Shown here in pieces: positions 10,307-23,514 of a DNA stretch of 64,000 bases. This DNA is from Vicugna vicugna (Eukaryota): contig MU058781.1 in NCBI GenBank assembly GCA_013265495.1, positions 8,041,009-8,105,008 on the forward strand, read 5' to 3'. Each line of letters opens with the position of its first letter. Within the stretch, counting starts at the first letter, position 1. The notes below the pieces were generated by a model. The model was not told where the DNA came from. It did not search any database and saw only the letters and a program-made list of their open reading frames with translations. The translations under genes and the position numbers were made by a program.

Positions 10307-13300
10307 CTTTCTTCTAATCATTCCTGCCTCTCTTCATTTACTAAGAGTTAAAGATGTGCTTGCCCTCTTCCAGGATGAAAATGGGGCTAACAAACATAGA
10401 GGAGCAGGGGAGGCGTGTGCACCTGGGTCTTCAATATGGAGAACAAAGATTCCAACAATGCACACACATTTTGGGGAGACCAAGATTTTAAGCCTTCTAA
10501 GTACAGAAACTATTTTCCATGTCATTTATTTTTCTCCAGAATAGCCCAGTGGCACTCTGCACACGGAAGACATACATGACATAAATGTGGATGGATGTAG
10601 AAGGATTTGAGAAAAGGTGGGAGCCTGAAGAGCAAGAAAGAACTGCCATGGGAGTAGGCAGAGGGAAATAGGTGATGGCTTACAGGAAATTAAAACGGTG
10701 GCCCTTTATAGCTGTTGGTTTTGCTGTTCGCATGGTCAGGCGGAAGGCTTGTTTGCTTTTTGATCTATTTTCTGATAGATGGCTGAGTGCTGGGGGCAGG
10801 TGAGGAACGCTACACGTCAACGCCCATATTCAGGGCTAAATAATCTGGCACCCTAATAATATTCTCCTGGTAGAAAAACAATGTTGAAAGCCAAAGACAT
10901 AACACTGGAGTGGTACACAGGATTCCAGGTGGTGTTTAAGAGGGAAACTAAGGTTAAGAACAGCATTAAAATTTGTATATTTCTTCATGGCTTAGGAAAG
11001 CATACCTTTTATAGTGTATGTTTAACAGAATTTCTGGTAGCTATACTTTGCCATAAATTAAAGCCGAGATTAATTCAACAAAGCAAAGAAACCAGTGTTT
11101 CAGCAAATCATAAAATTAGAATTTTGAAGTAATATTGAAAGTCCTTATTTTACTGAGAAGGCAACTGCGGCTCTAAAATGTAAAAATGTGCCTTTTGTAA
11201 GATGACTTAATGTAGGGGCAGAGCTGCCAGCAACATTCAGGACTTCCAGCTTGCAGTCTCCTTAACTTTATTAAGTTCAATAGATTTATAGTTATTTATA
11301 TTATCAAGTTCCTATTTGTTGCAATGCGTATATTTCTTCTTTTCTTGTGGATCATTTTCTTCTTATAAAAACTTCGTAAATACAACCATTTTCTTTTTTG
11401 CCTTTTTTTTTTTTGCATTTATAATTTGAGGATTGACTGGCGTTATTCTTAAGAGAGCCATGTTCATGAGAACTATTTTTTTGAAACTAGAGATGACTGC
11501 TCTGGAGAAGACAAAAGCATCGTTTTGCCTGGAGTTATGTTGAGGTGAAAGATCGCATGATCACTCTGGATTCTATGATCTTACAAGTAGGCTCCAAGGA
11601 TACCTGCAAAAGCCCCAGAAATCCTTAATGATCCTAAAGAGCACTGGAGACCCTATCATTTTGTTTATCAATTTGCAGCTCTAATGTCATGACATGTGAA
11701 ACACTAGTAAAAATAACCTCCCGCCTCAATATTTTAGAGAATGCAAAGAAATACACAATCACCATAGACTGGTTAGCGCTTGCCAAGTCTGGTTTTTATT
11801 ATTGTACGTATGAAGAGAATCCTCTGTTCGCCAACATCTATAAAGGGGCTGATTTCCTCAGCTCCACAGTAATTGTTTAATATTAAATCAGTCCAAAATT
11901 TTAGAGCATGTTTCTCCGAAACCCTTTGTCTAGCATCAGGTGTGTATCTAGACAGTATTGCAGCTGTTAATTTCAGATAACCAAAAAAAAAAAAAAAAAA
12001 GATAACATGCATTTTTCCCAAATTTTAATGGAAATTCTTCACAGTTTTAATAATCTAACTTGTTAATGGAGTAAAAATCTTCAATTCTTTGTAGAAGTCA
12101 AAAATGTGCTCAAAACAAACAGAGGGTGCAACCTTTAAGAGGCAACATTTTCTAGATGCCTTATGTACCTGATACTTTCTCGGTAGCTTGACACGATTTT
12201 AAAATGCTTCTAATAAAAAAAAAAAACAAAGAGTGAAAATAATTACTTAAAACCAGGTCACATTAAAAAAAGACTATCATGAGTTTTGCAGTATCATTTC
12301 AGGATTTATTTTAAAAATAAGGTTCCTTTCTCTTCACTGTCCATTCCTGCCAAATGGCTTAGCAGAACTTCTTGGTCGGGCTATGTTTGGGGTCCACACC
12401 TGATTATCACTCTTTTTAGGAAACAGGAGGGTAAAGAGGTCCACTGAGTGACCCTCAGGATGAAATCCTAATATTTTACTTCTGCAGGATTGGGTTGAGG
12501 GCTGCGCTTTGCTTTCAACCCAACTGCTTCAGGCGTCTTCCCCTTCAGCAATTTTTACTTCTTCTCCACCCCCACCTGCCCCCAGCCTCCCTAAAACTCC
12601 AATCTCCAGGGAGCTAGGGCCTCTCGAACGTTCTTCAGGAAGCACTGGAAAATCTCAAAGAGAGTAAGAGAATCACTTTCTCCCACACCCTGTGGGTCTC
12701 AGTCCCTGTGAAATTTACCGGGTAGGGAGAGACTGTTCACTCTTTGTGGGGAGGTTCCTGTTCATTTCAAAGAATCAGCGGAAGCACTTACAAGACAGCA
12801 AAAGCATACAGGCAGCCCCTCCACCTCGCCCTCCATGGCCGCTTCTCCTGCACCTCAGCCTGGACTTTGCTGACTTAGCCACTGCAGGTTGTAAATCACT
12901 AAATAACATGGCATGAGGCTGCCCTGGTGGGCAATAGGCCCCCACTTGCCCTCAACATCACCAAAGCCCATTAGATCCCATGAATCAAATATTTGCTTTT
13001 ACATTAAACACACAGTTCCAGAAACACATCTCGGGCTCAGCTAACCCTTGCAGGGCATGAGTTTTGATAAACCAGCACATTTTCCTGCTGACATTCCTCA
13101 GGTTACCCGCTTTCCTGGTCCTACCAGCCGTGTCAGTTATCTGCTGCCCCCTTTTGAATTTTAGGGCACACTGCACTCATAAACAGGGCCTGTTGCCCGG
13201 AGGAGCCTCTTCTGCCTGTCTGGGGGCAGGTTCAACCTTCTGACTTAGTTTTCTGATGACCAGCAAGGGCTGTTTCAGTGCGGCTGGAAGAGGACTTTAC

Positions 13301-16024
13301 CTGCTTCTGCTCGTTCTCTTCTGTGGCAAGAGAGCGAAAACCATTTGCTGCAGCAACCAAGAAGCAAATGAATGATAAGACATGCTATTGTTTTCCTTTC
13401 TTATCTTAACCCGTTTATCACCTGGACCACTGCCCCCTCGAGGCTGATCTGTTTATTCCCCTAAAGTGCGCACAAACATCCTGGCAATAAGGATACTGAA
13501 AAAAAGACGGCTGTCTGAATACATTCCATGTGCCTGTTCAGCTGAACATGTTTGTCCTTCTGAAACAATAGCCAGGTTGAGGTTCTAACAGAGGTGGCAG
13601 GGTCTCAGAAGGTCTTGCAGACAGTTGCACCGGCTGGGCTGGGTCCAGTTCATTATTAACACCACTGTCATCCTGCCCCCCGCACCTCTCCGCCAGCTGC
13701 TCTCTGTAGCGATTACATCGTTACCCCCGAACCATTGTGTAAGGTTTCTTCCCCAAACCCTCCCTGTTGGCATCTCACTGCTCTGTCCTCGTGTCTACTG
13801 GTCATCTCTCCTGCTTCTTTGTACCAAACTAAAATACGAAGGAATAGGTGAGCATATGCTCATTAAAAATGAAAGAAACTACTGTCGTCTTCCCCCCAAG
13901 TCGCAGGAGTTCTTTGGAGAACAGGAAGATGGGGACAATGTAGTGCCCAGAAAGAAAGTGTCCCGCTGCATCAGGGCTGGCTTCCTGGGCATGGCCTGCC
14001 CTTAGAAGAGACCGCACTTAGTTTAATGCTCTGCTTTCAGTGTCTTGAAATTCTTCAGACTTTTTGAACAAGAAGCCTGCATTTTGTTTTGGTGCTGGGC
14101 CTCACAGATTTGCCTATCTGGTTGTGCACAGTACTGAGGGACAGCCCAGTTTGGAGGCCTCCTATTTCCTCCTGAAATGGTGGGTTTATAAACATTTATT
14201 TATTTGCGGGGCCCGGGGGTGGGATGGAATGACGTTGCTTTGCCTTGTACCTGCATCGGTTCTTTCGGCTGGAACAACATGCCTGTAAGGGTAAAAATGC
14301 TGCATGGCTGACTGGCCGTTCCGTTCCCAGGGACTGCAGGCTTGGTCAGTTGCAGAAAGAGAAAGTTTCCATGGAGAACTGTGTGATGCGCCTGGCAGGA
14401 CTCACCATGGCAGGAAGAAAGATGCTGAGAAATTCTGCAGAGGGGAGATAGTTCTGTAAAAAGAGAGGTTCACAAACAATTCCCAGGGGTCATCCTGTTG
14501 TGGCTAGAAGAACGAGACAAGAGAGACCATTTCTTCCAGATTGTTCCTTTTCAGCTGAAGCCACAGGGCCCCTGGCACATACTCAGCTGATGTTTTTTAT
14601 GTCTCCTACTGTTTACTCTGAATTCTTCCTGAGCTGTTGCAGAGAAGCACTACATCAACACAATTTATTTTATTACGATGCCACGTCATATCATATATCT
14701 CCTGTTCACAGTAGGTTGACATGGCACTGGGTTTGTGTACGAGCATATCTGGACACATATTACCACAATCACTGTGCAATAATATTTATTGAGTGCCCAC
14801 TACCTTATTAGATGCTACAAACAGAACTGTGAGGGCACATATAACAATTTAATAATGGGAAAAACAGAGATACTCTTTCTATTTAATTCGGTTTGCAGAC
14901 AAACAAAACAAAACAAAAAAACTACTTGATATTTCCTCTCCATGCCTGCTGTATGGTGGCAAGAAAGACCCCTAAAGCACATAGAGCTCTTATCTTTGTT
15001 CATTCCCTGAAGAATAATAGATCAGTCAGAGCTCTGATGCTGTTTTAATAATGTACAATTTACAATTCATTGGTTACCAAGCACTCACAGTATAATTAAT
15101 TTTACAGACCTGTTCAGCAAATCCACATGGTTTTGTACCATGTAGGGGGAGGGGGAGCAGTCGTACCAGGAGGAAGAGGGCTGGGGAGGCAGAAAGCAAA
15201 GGGAGAGAGCCATCTTCCCTCCTCTTTCAAAGAAGCTGAGTCCTGCACCAGCTGTACAGATTGGCAGCCAACTGTAGGCTGCAGGAGAGATTAAGTTTAA
15301 TGCAGAAATATCTGCTACCAAAAAGTTTTGGACCAGCGAAAACTACCATCCTCACGGGTACCATGTTTGGTCTCCCGGGAAGATCTCAGTAAGGAAGCAC
15401 GGTGACTAGACCACAGAAGCTACATCAAGCACCACTCTGTTAGGAGGGAAGCTGCCTTCTTCTCTTCCTTAACGACACTCTTCCAAGAATACAATTCAAG
15501 CTGCATGTGCTCACTCTCTCCCTTCTAAAAGTGTGTAGCAAAATCAGGACTACCAAGGAGGGGTGGAGGGGCTGGGGGAGGAGAGACGGATTCCCTGACT
15601 GTTTTCATGACCCTCTAGAGGGCTGTCATTTACTTGAAGGGGCCTCTGGAAATTAAGAGAATTCTCAAAGCCAAATAAAATTATATGAAATGTATCTAAG
15701 TATATGCCTGATCAATGACCTGCTTTGTTTCTAAATCTCTGCTCTGAATCTTTTGGATTTGCCCAAAATATACACAATGTTTTAGCTTGGAATCAGTCTG
15801 TCCAAAAAGGAGAATCTGCTCAATTGTTCAGTGCTGACCTTAAAAACAGAACGTAAGAAGAAGGGTACAGATGAGCTCAACGTACTTCTGTTTATTCCTA
15901 AAGTCTGTTTTTCTCTTTCTTGTAGTTTCTAAGGCCCCCAGAATGGGACTCGCACACAGGCAGGGTGGAGAATCTGCACAACTACCAAGTCGTCACCACT
16001 GGGGTTATCATGCCCTGGGCGTGT

Positions 16025-16265
16025 GGAGGCTCAGAATCTGGGCTTTACAGGTACACAGACTGGGGTTCAGACCTTGGCTTTGTCCCTTGCCAGCTATTTC
16101 ACTGGGTAAGTCCTTTAATCTCTTGAGGACTTAATTTTCCCATCCATAAAAATAAAGTTGAAAACAGTTACCTCACAGACTCGTTAAAAGACTAAGGGAG
16201 ACCATTTGCATACATCCGTCAGCATACTGCCTTGTTTTTGGTGGCTGTGGACAGTCAATGGTCAT
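16025..16265 (+). mobile_element. MIR SINE
   Basis: CAGACTGGGGTTCAGACCTTGGCTTTG...GGGTAAGTCCTTTAATCTCT...TTTTCCCATCCATAAAAT. Confidence 0.8.
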
Positions 16266-16654
16266 TCTTATTCTGTTGATGTTATTTACTCATGATTAGC
16301 CATTCTGCTATGTTTAGCTTTTTGCTCTTTTTTGTAGCCCAGATAATAACCAGAGGACACACTGGGCAACATTGCTTCCATCGGAGCTAGGATGTTCACA
16401 CAATGGCCATTCTTTCTAGTCTCCCATGAGGTTAAATGGGGGGTGCGAAGGTCTATGATCATTTGCAGGGTAGAATTGCCTAAAATAATCCCACTCTGAG
16501 CAGCCTGAACTTCCCTTCATTGGAATTCCAAATAGATGGCTTTACAAAGGTGGGAGATTGTCTCCATTAGCCAGCACATTAAGTGCTTTTCAGACTTGCG
16601 CTGCTGTGCAAAGCAGTCCAGCCTGGAAGGAGGAAGTACGCAGCATGATGAGGG

Positions 16655-17010
16655 TGTTAGGGGTCAGTCCCCAGTGAGGGTCCTCCTGCCTGGTGTCACT
16701 CGAGCCAACAGGAGACCGAGTTTGCTTCAGAAGCGAAGGAAACCTTTATTCTTCAATCAAAGAATGGAGAGGTATGCGCTCTCACTGACAGGCTGTGGGC
16801 GGGGCTGCTTTCCTGGGATCTCGGTCAGTGGGGGGTGGGGGAGGGGCGAGTTCTCGCGGGGTTTGGCGGGGCGGGGCCGCTACGCTGCTCACAGCCGGGG
16901 TCGCAGCGCCGCGCAGCCTCTGCACACGGCCCCCCGCCGCCATCTTGGGCTGAGCGTCCCTCGAGGCATCTCTGCGCCCGCTGAGGTGTCCGGAATGCCG
17001 TGTGGCGCCA
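16655..17010 (-). mobile_element. Probable solo LTR (family unresolved), CpG-rich
   Basis: Minus strand ends ...CCCCTAACA (CA terminus at 16655), with AATAAA (TTTATT at 16745-16750) about 90 nt upstream. The other end and TSD were not identified. Confidence 0.5.
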
Positions 17011-17305
17011 GCAACCCTGGCCTGAAGGGCTGGATGCGAGGCCTCTGCCCCTGGTACCCTATGAGCAAGTGAAACTAGACCAAGTACAGAGGAAAAGAGA
17101 AGATTTTAAAAAAAGGTTAGATTTTATTACCGAATCTATTTTTATTTCCCGGGAGTTGTGAATGGGCTTTGCCGGTGACAGGCCAACCAAAAAGAGACAG
17201 CCTCACCTTTAATGGGCATCCAAGTTGGGGAGTCGGGGGTGGGGTGTTGGTGCGTTTATAAAAAGAATGGCAGTTCCTGAGAGTAGAAGGGAACGGGGAA
17301 CACAA

Positions 17306-17480
17306 TTGCTTACATATACGGAGAGTTTAATATTTCCTGGGTACTCTTCTAAATGCTTTGCCCGTGTTAATTCATTTCATTTCTCCTAATTGTGGTCATG
17401 ATCCTCATTTTACAAATAAGAAATGTGAGGCACAGAGAGGGTGAGTCGGAGGTGACATGAACTTATTTCCTGTAACCCCA
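17306..17480 (-). mobile_element. MIR SINE
   Basis: CTCATTTTACAAATAAGAAATGTGAGGCACAGAGAGGGTGAG is the reverse MIR core. Confidence 0.75.
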
Positions 17481-17949
17481 AGAGGTGACTTGGCAGCTCC
17501 TAAGACCGTCAAGCTAGGTGTTCTACTCGGGACTGGGGCTGAAATGAACAGTGGCTTAAAATACTGTTGTGAGATTATAAATTATAACAACCTAGAGTTG
17601 GAAGCCTCGGGGGAGCTGGGAGAACATTCCACGCCAGGAGGATGGTGGGAGGGAGGGCTGTGAAGAGCCAGAGAACAAGCAGCACCGAGAAGGTCCCCGG
17701 AGCCCCACTACATAGCACTCCGGACCTGTCCTATGGTGACCCGTTAAGGGTGTTGGAAGAAGGGAGATTTTTCTCCCGTGCCCATTTACTAGTAGCTCTT
17801 CCCACTGGGAACTACAAATTATGGTGCCCTTCTGTTTTAGGTGGGTGCTTGTGGTTAGGGAAACAAAGACCCATTCAGAATACAAAAAAAGGGGATGAAG
17901 TGTTGTAAGGATGCTCACAGACTGCAACTGGACCATAAACCGTAAAACT

Positions 17950-18420
17950 CTCTAGAAATCGGTGTGGCTCCAGGGATCGGCCACTCTTCCTCTCAAAGGC
18001 AGCATTATCTCTGTCCACGTCTCCTCGTTTCTCAGCGTATCTCTGCCGTATCTACTGCTCTTTCTTCTCTATAATTAGCTGCCTTTGCATCATCAAGGTT
18101 TCCAGTCCCCCTAAACACAACCTACCATGGCCTCTCCTCTCTTAGCTCTGCCCCAGATAGTCCCCCTTCCCACCATTTGAACATATTTGTTACGATGTCT
18201 AGCTCCTATTTCCAAGAGAGAAAATCTGATGGACTCAGTTTATCTTTTTTTCTGAACAGTTATCGATGCTGTCCAGCTTGAGGGCTTTCTGCTCTGCAGC
18301 AGGGTACCCACACCTGTCCCAATTAGCTGTGAGACCAGGTAGTGTGGGGACACATGGTACAAACTATGGACCTGGGGGCTGCTCCTTCTGCAGTGGCTCT
18401 GAGCAAGGCAGCTTCTGGTG
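17950..18420. mobile_element. Probable old MaLR (MLT1J/K-like) LTR
   Basis: GAGAGAAAATCTGATGGACTCAG and CCCACACCTGTCCCAATTAGCTGTG resemble MLT1 motifs. Confidence 0.45.
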
Positions 18421-19624
18421 AAAGAGGCTATCCAAAGCAGGCATTGCAAACCTGGTGCACATCTGTATCCACATCTTGATCTGGCAGTAGGACCATGCTC
18501 TCAGAGGAGGGTGACAGGGGCCTGGAAAAAGGCTCCAATTAAGCAGAAAGATGTCCAGCGACTTCCTCTGGAATTTCAGCAAGCATTTCCAAATTCTTCT
18601 TATGTTACCCACTTCTCGGCTCCTGCTGACCCTCACCTGGGATCATCCTCAACATACACACACACACTCGCGTGCACCCATTGGGATAAGCCTCTCCTAT
18701 TCTCAGTGAGTCCCTGACCTCAGCCCACTTCCGAGTCTGCCCACACTCTTCTTCCTAAGGGGCTTTGGTACCTGCTCTCGGACCTCCCCCCGTATCTGAC
18801 TTCAGCCAAAACTGTTTTGTAGCTGAGCTCCTCTCTTGTCAGGGCCTGTACCTTAAAGGAATTTCCGTGTTCTGAACCACACACTCTATGACAGATGGAC
18901 AAATACTTTTTGCTGTAAGGGCACACTGGGTCACAAATGATACGGAGCTGATGTCTATCAACTCTCTAGAGTCAGTTTACTCAACAGCATATGTTGGTAT
19001 GATTTCAGCCAATTTTGTCACTAGTCCCTGTTAGATGCTGCCTGTCACACACATGAAATCCTTGGGGTTTGTTTTGGTTTGTGGTGAAAATAAAGCAAAG
19101 CAAAACAAAACAAAAGTATCTCCTAGCAAGCTAAGCTTCATTTCGGTTTAATGGATTCTTCTTAAAATTTTCCTTCCCACCCCACTCTTTTTGTGGAGTC
19201 TTTTTTCCCTTTGACCGTTTTCCTCATGTCCAACCTCTCTCTCCCTTCAGTCTTCTAGATCTCCTGAGAATCATTTATTCCATGGCAACTCCTTGATCTA
19301 CCCATCTGGCCCAGCAGGACACAGTTGATTTTACTCTTTTTTTTTTTTTTTAAGAAGAATTGCCTTCAATGCTGAACAGTCATATCTGATTTTTTTCTCA
19401 AGGTCACTGTCAGGGGCATCCGAAGTGTCCCTGAAATATAAGCCCCTGATTTACACTGAGCAGCAGATAAACTTGATCCCATGGGGGAAGGTGGGGTCTT
19501 TTCTCACATAAACCAAGCATTACCGATAACTTTATATGTGGGCACATTAGGACTTCAGTGTGATTTAGAGAGTGTTAGGATGACCCATTGCTCCTCAGAA
19601 GACCCTTTTGTGTACCTTCTAACT

Positions 19625-19780
19625 CAGTGATTCTGTATCACACAGGGAGGTTTAAAAACTATGGATGCCAAACTCCCACCCAGACAAATTAAGCCAGAAC
19701 CTCTGGGGCTGGGATCCAGACATAAGTGTGTTTTTAGATTCTCTGGGTAGTTCTTAATGTGCAGCCTTGGTTGAGAACCC
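19625..19780 (-). mobile_element. MER5A-type element, copy 1
   Basis: CAGTGATTCT start, CCCAGACAAATTAAGCCAGAACCTCTGGGG core (reverse orientation), AATGTGCAGCCTTGGTTGAGAACC end. Confidence 0.8.
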
Positions 19781-19790
19781 TCCCTTAGTT

Positions 19791-19967
19791 CAGTGGTTTA
19801 CACCCCTGGCTGTACTTTGGAATCACTAGGGAGCTTTAAATAATACTGATGCCTGGGTCCCATCCTTGGAGATTTTGAATTAATTAGTCTGGGTTTTGGC
19901 CTGGCCATCGGGATTTTAAAAGCCCCCCAGGTGATTATAATATGCAACCAAGTTTGAGAAACCAGCA
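19791..19967 (+). mobile_element. MER5A-type element, copy 2
   Basis: CAGTGGTT...GGAATCACTAGGGAGCTTTAAATAATACTGATGCCTGGG...GAGATTTTGAATTAATTAGTCTGGG...CCCCAGGTGATTATAATATGCAACC...TTGAGAAACC. Confidence 0.88.
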
Positions 19968-20116
19968 CCTTAATGGATGCCTGAAATTTCAATGTTAGGC
20001 TCTCCACTTCTCAGTTCAGTCAGTTTCTGACTGACAAAAATAGACTTGTCCTTGGGAGAAAGGTGATGCTTGCTTTTCTCAGTTACTTGTACCTTAGTGT
20101 GAATGTGTTCCAGAAG

Positions 20117-20309
20117 TAGGATTGCCAGACTGAATACAGGATGCCTTGTTAAATCTGAATTTCAGTTAAGCAACAAAAAAAATTTTAGTATAAGTATATC
20201 CCATGTAATATATGGACATACTTACACTTAAAAAAAATTCACGGCTTATCTGAAATTCAAATTTAATGGGGCATCCTATATTTTTATTTGCTAAATTTGG
20301 GCAGTCCTA
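20117..20309. mobile_element. MER53 palindromic non-autonomous hAT element (full length)
   Basis: Terminal inverted repeats TAGGATTGCC / GGCAGTCCTA. Internal palindrome ATCTGAATTTCAG...TTTTAGTATAAGTATATCCCAT-GTAATAT-ATGGACATACTTAC...CTGAAATTCAAAT. Confidence 0.88.
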
Positions 20310-23300
20310 TCCAGAAGGCTTCCTGAGAGCAGGTTGTGGGAGTGGGCTGTGGAAAAGCACAGAGAGAAACACAGAGACCCAAGGGGAGGGCATGGGGAAT
20401 ATCGTAGGAAGACCACAAAGCAAAGAAGGGCTCTACCAAACACGAAATAACTTGCCTTGTCAGACTCACTCAAGTACCATTCTGCCACATCTTTGTAAAA
20501 ATCAACACAATCTTCCCTACTTTACCAGCTTGGGTGGCAGAAGGGCCTCAGCATACATTCTGTCTCAAGACTTGACAACAACAATCCTCAGCAGCAGACA
20601 TTGTCAGCCTAGAATCCCATTCCTGCCAGGACAAGAGCAAGACAGAAGTGTGATCCATGGCTTAACTTACTCACTCATGTTCTCAATTTTTAAATTTAGA
20701 ATTCACTATATTCAGAATTACACATTCATGAAAATTCTAAATATAGAATTTAATTAAGAATGTAATTAAATCTCAATATAAAATTTAATTACACTCAAAA
20801 GATTTCAAAATGTCTGCCTTCGACTTATGATAATTGTAACCTGCTTCCAGAAAGTTAGAAAAAGAATGCCTCCAAAATTAGGAAAAGAAGGTAGATATGT
20901 AAGTAAATATGATAGAGGCTTTTAAACTAAATTCTTAGTAAAACTATTGTGAGATCTTACATTCCCCTGTTGTCTAATCCCATCCTCCACATAAATTCAC
21001 CTGTCATTTTTTTCAGGGACATTTTTTACTGTACTTCTCTTTTGAACTCTCCCCTTTATATTTGTAGATACCTAAGGGGTTTTCCTCTCACTGGTTTCCA
21101 AGTTATCTAGACAGACTGAACTTACATCTGGTAACATGAAATGTCAGTACACCTAGGAAAACTGGATCTACATCCAGAAATCCCTCCTTAGATTTCGGAG
21201 ATTCAACATATTTTACCCTCTTAGGTCACCAGGGTTTAGAAACACAAGTTTATTTATCTATATATCTTTTCGTTTCCCAGTTAAGAAGGTATTTAGGCGG
21301 TTGAATCTGAGCATGAAGTCAACATCCCAAAAGAAAGTGGGAGGCATTCCTCTGACTCAAACTTAAGTTCCACAGAATAGCTGGGTACATAGCGAGTTCT
21401 CCTTGGTGCATCCTTCCACTCCCCACAGCTCCCTCCTCTTCCCACCCCCAGCCACCCCCCACACTGTTTATGTTCCTCAGTTTTCTCCTACCGGCACCTC
21501 ATTATCTTATCGGATAATTCAGTGGAATGACACTTCCCAGGTGTCTTTGAGCCATTCAGCCCTGGGTCTAACTGCTCCCTGTGGACTTCCCCTAAAGTGA
21601 AAATGGTATTGCCTTTCCAAAGATCATCTCAACAAGAATGTCAGGAAAATGCTCTTTGCTTTCCAGCAAAATTATAGAGAATAGTATTCTATTCTGTGGC
21701 AGAGTAATGCAAATTAAGTGTTTAAAATAAGAGACATTCTTCCTTTCTTTTGTGCTGGGCATCCCACTGACATTACCCCATCCCAGGGATATGGCTGAGT
21801 GGACAGGAGCTGTTGGTTGGCAGTGAGAACACCAGGTACCATTGCTGTCTTGCTTATCGATACCTCCCAAATCACCTTCTTGCAGGATCTCCTCCCATCT
21901 CTCTGCATGAAATTCAAATCACTGGAACTCAGAGGCGCAGAACTAGGAGCCGAACTAACCACCAGGAAGAGTGCGTCTGGTCAAGGAAGGAGCTGCCAAT
22001 CATTTTAAGGCCTGTTGGGGTGAGCTTATCAGGTTCCCGATTTCTCCAGGATAAGATGCCTGGCAGTTTCAAGGATCGAGCAAAGCACAGCTGTAATCTA
22101 CCATGATCCAGAGCTTATTCACAGATCACAGCTGTGTAATTTCAGGTAACATGCTTCCCTTGTTTGGATTTGTTTAACATTGTTAAATATATAGTCAGAC
22201 CATCTGCACAGTATTTTTTTTAAATTGGAAATTACAACCATAACTTCCTTTTTATATATCAATAAACTAAACAGCAAAATTTCAAAGGGATCCTTCTGCA
22301 CCAAGCACGGAAGCAGAATGCCTGTCCCACGCCACACCACTGCCTAATTGCACACTAATTGGACAAACGTGATTAAATATTTCAAGATCTTTACTAATTG
22401 CCTCTATTTTAGCTTTAAAATTTGCTTGCCACCAACAAATTTAATGACACTGGTGTCTAGTCATCAGCAAAAAGCCCAAGAGTTGCTCTTTAAAATGTAC
22501 CTAGTCAGAGTATTTACTGATTGTGCACTGTTTCCAATGCAGCTTAATTAGAAATCCAATCAGTTCGCTAAGTCTAATTATACTTGATTTGTAGATTCAG
22601 ACTATGATACATAATGAAGCCAAGCAGCTAACAGTAAACGTGCCTGAAATGTAACAATAAGAGAAATATTTTTTAATGTACGTCTTGTCACTTTAGAAAA
22701 TCAAGTAATACACACAGTCTTTCATGATGGGGATTTGGGAGGTTTGAGTTTTTCGAAATTTCCTTGAGCTGGATTCCAATTCTATTGGTAAGAGCTGCTT
22801 TGAAAAATGATGGCCAGAAAATATTTCTGTGTATCCATATTAAAGATTAAAAAGAAAAAAGAGACAATTGCTTCCTTCACTTTGACTCTGTGAGAAACTT
22901 TTGTGGCATTGTTTCACAGAAGTTGTCTTGATGAAATTGATACGGTTAAAATGGACATATTCATTTAATTCTTATTTTTAAAGATTTGCCTTCCCGGAAA
23001 TTGGATTTAGCTACCCCAGAAAATGCCTTATCCAAAAGTACCCCAAACCACAGCATTTATATAAGCATATATTCAAATATGTGAGTGTATAATTTTGTAT
23101 ATGCACAGAATTTTCCTAGAAGGACTCTAAGTGTATTATTGCATATCTGCAATAATTTGCAACGAATTATTGGTCTGTGAATACAGGCTAAATGAGGTAG
23201 AGAAAAGAAACTTTCTAAAAAAGGTTAATGCAGGCTAAGATGCCAGTTACCACTGTCTCAATCATCTGAATATTTTGAGACGTGGAAGCTAGAGGGCATT

Positions 23301-23514
23301 AAATACCCACCACTCAGGATCCCAGAATCCATGCATTTCCCTGTTGGCGTGAAGGATGCAGACATGTTGCAATTACAAAAATGGGCTGAGTGCTGAGCAC
23401 TGTCCATCTCATCTTACAATTGTCATCTTCCAGAAATGGCAGTGTTTTGAAACTCTGAGGATGTCAGTATAGTGCTGGTTCAAAACAAGCCTCAGGAGTC
23501 ATGGTCCGTTCGCT

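Noticed and set aside
17003..17020. GGCGCC as a second composite BMP element
   Set aside because: No GTCT at 5-nt spacing. The same applies to the GGCGCC near 63897.
16536..17072. 178-aa ORF
   Set aside because: It spans a GC-rich LTR-like patch, has no protein family resemblance and shows no exon context.
23135..23156. Inverted repeat ATTATTGCA-TATC-TGCAATAAT
   Set aside because: Short AT-rich palindrome, compatible with chance in 64 kb.
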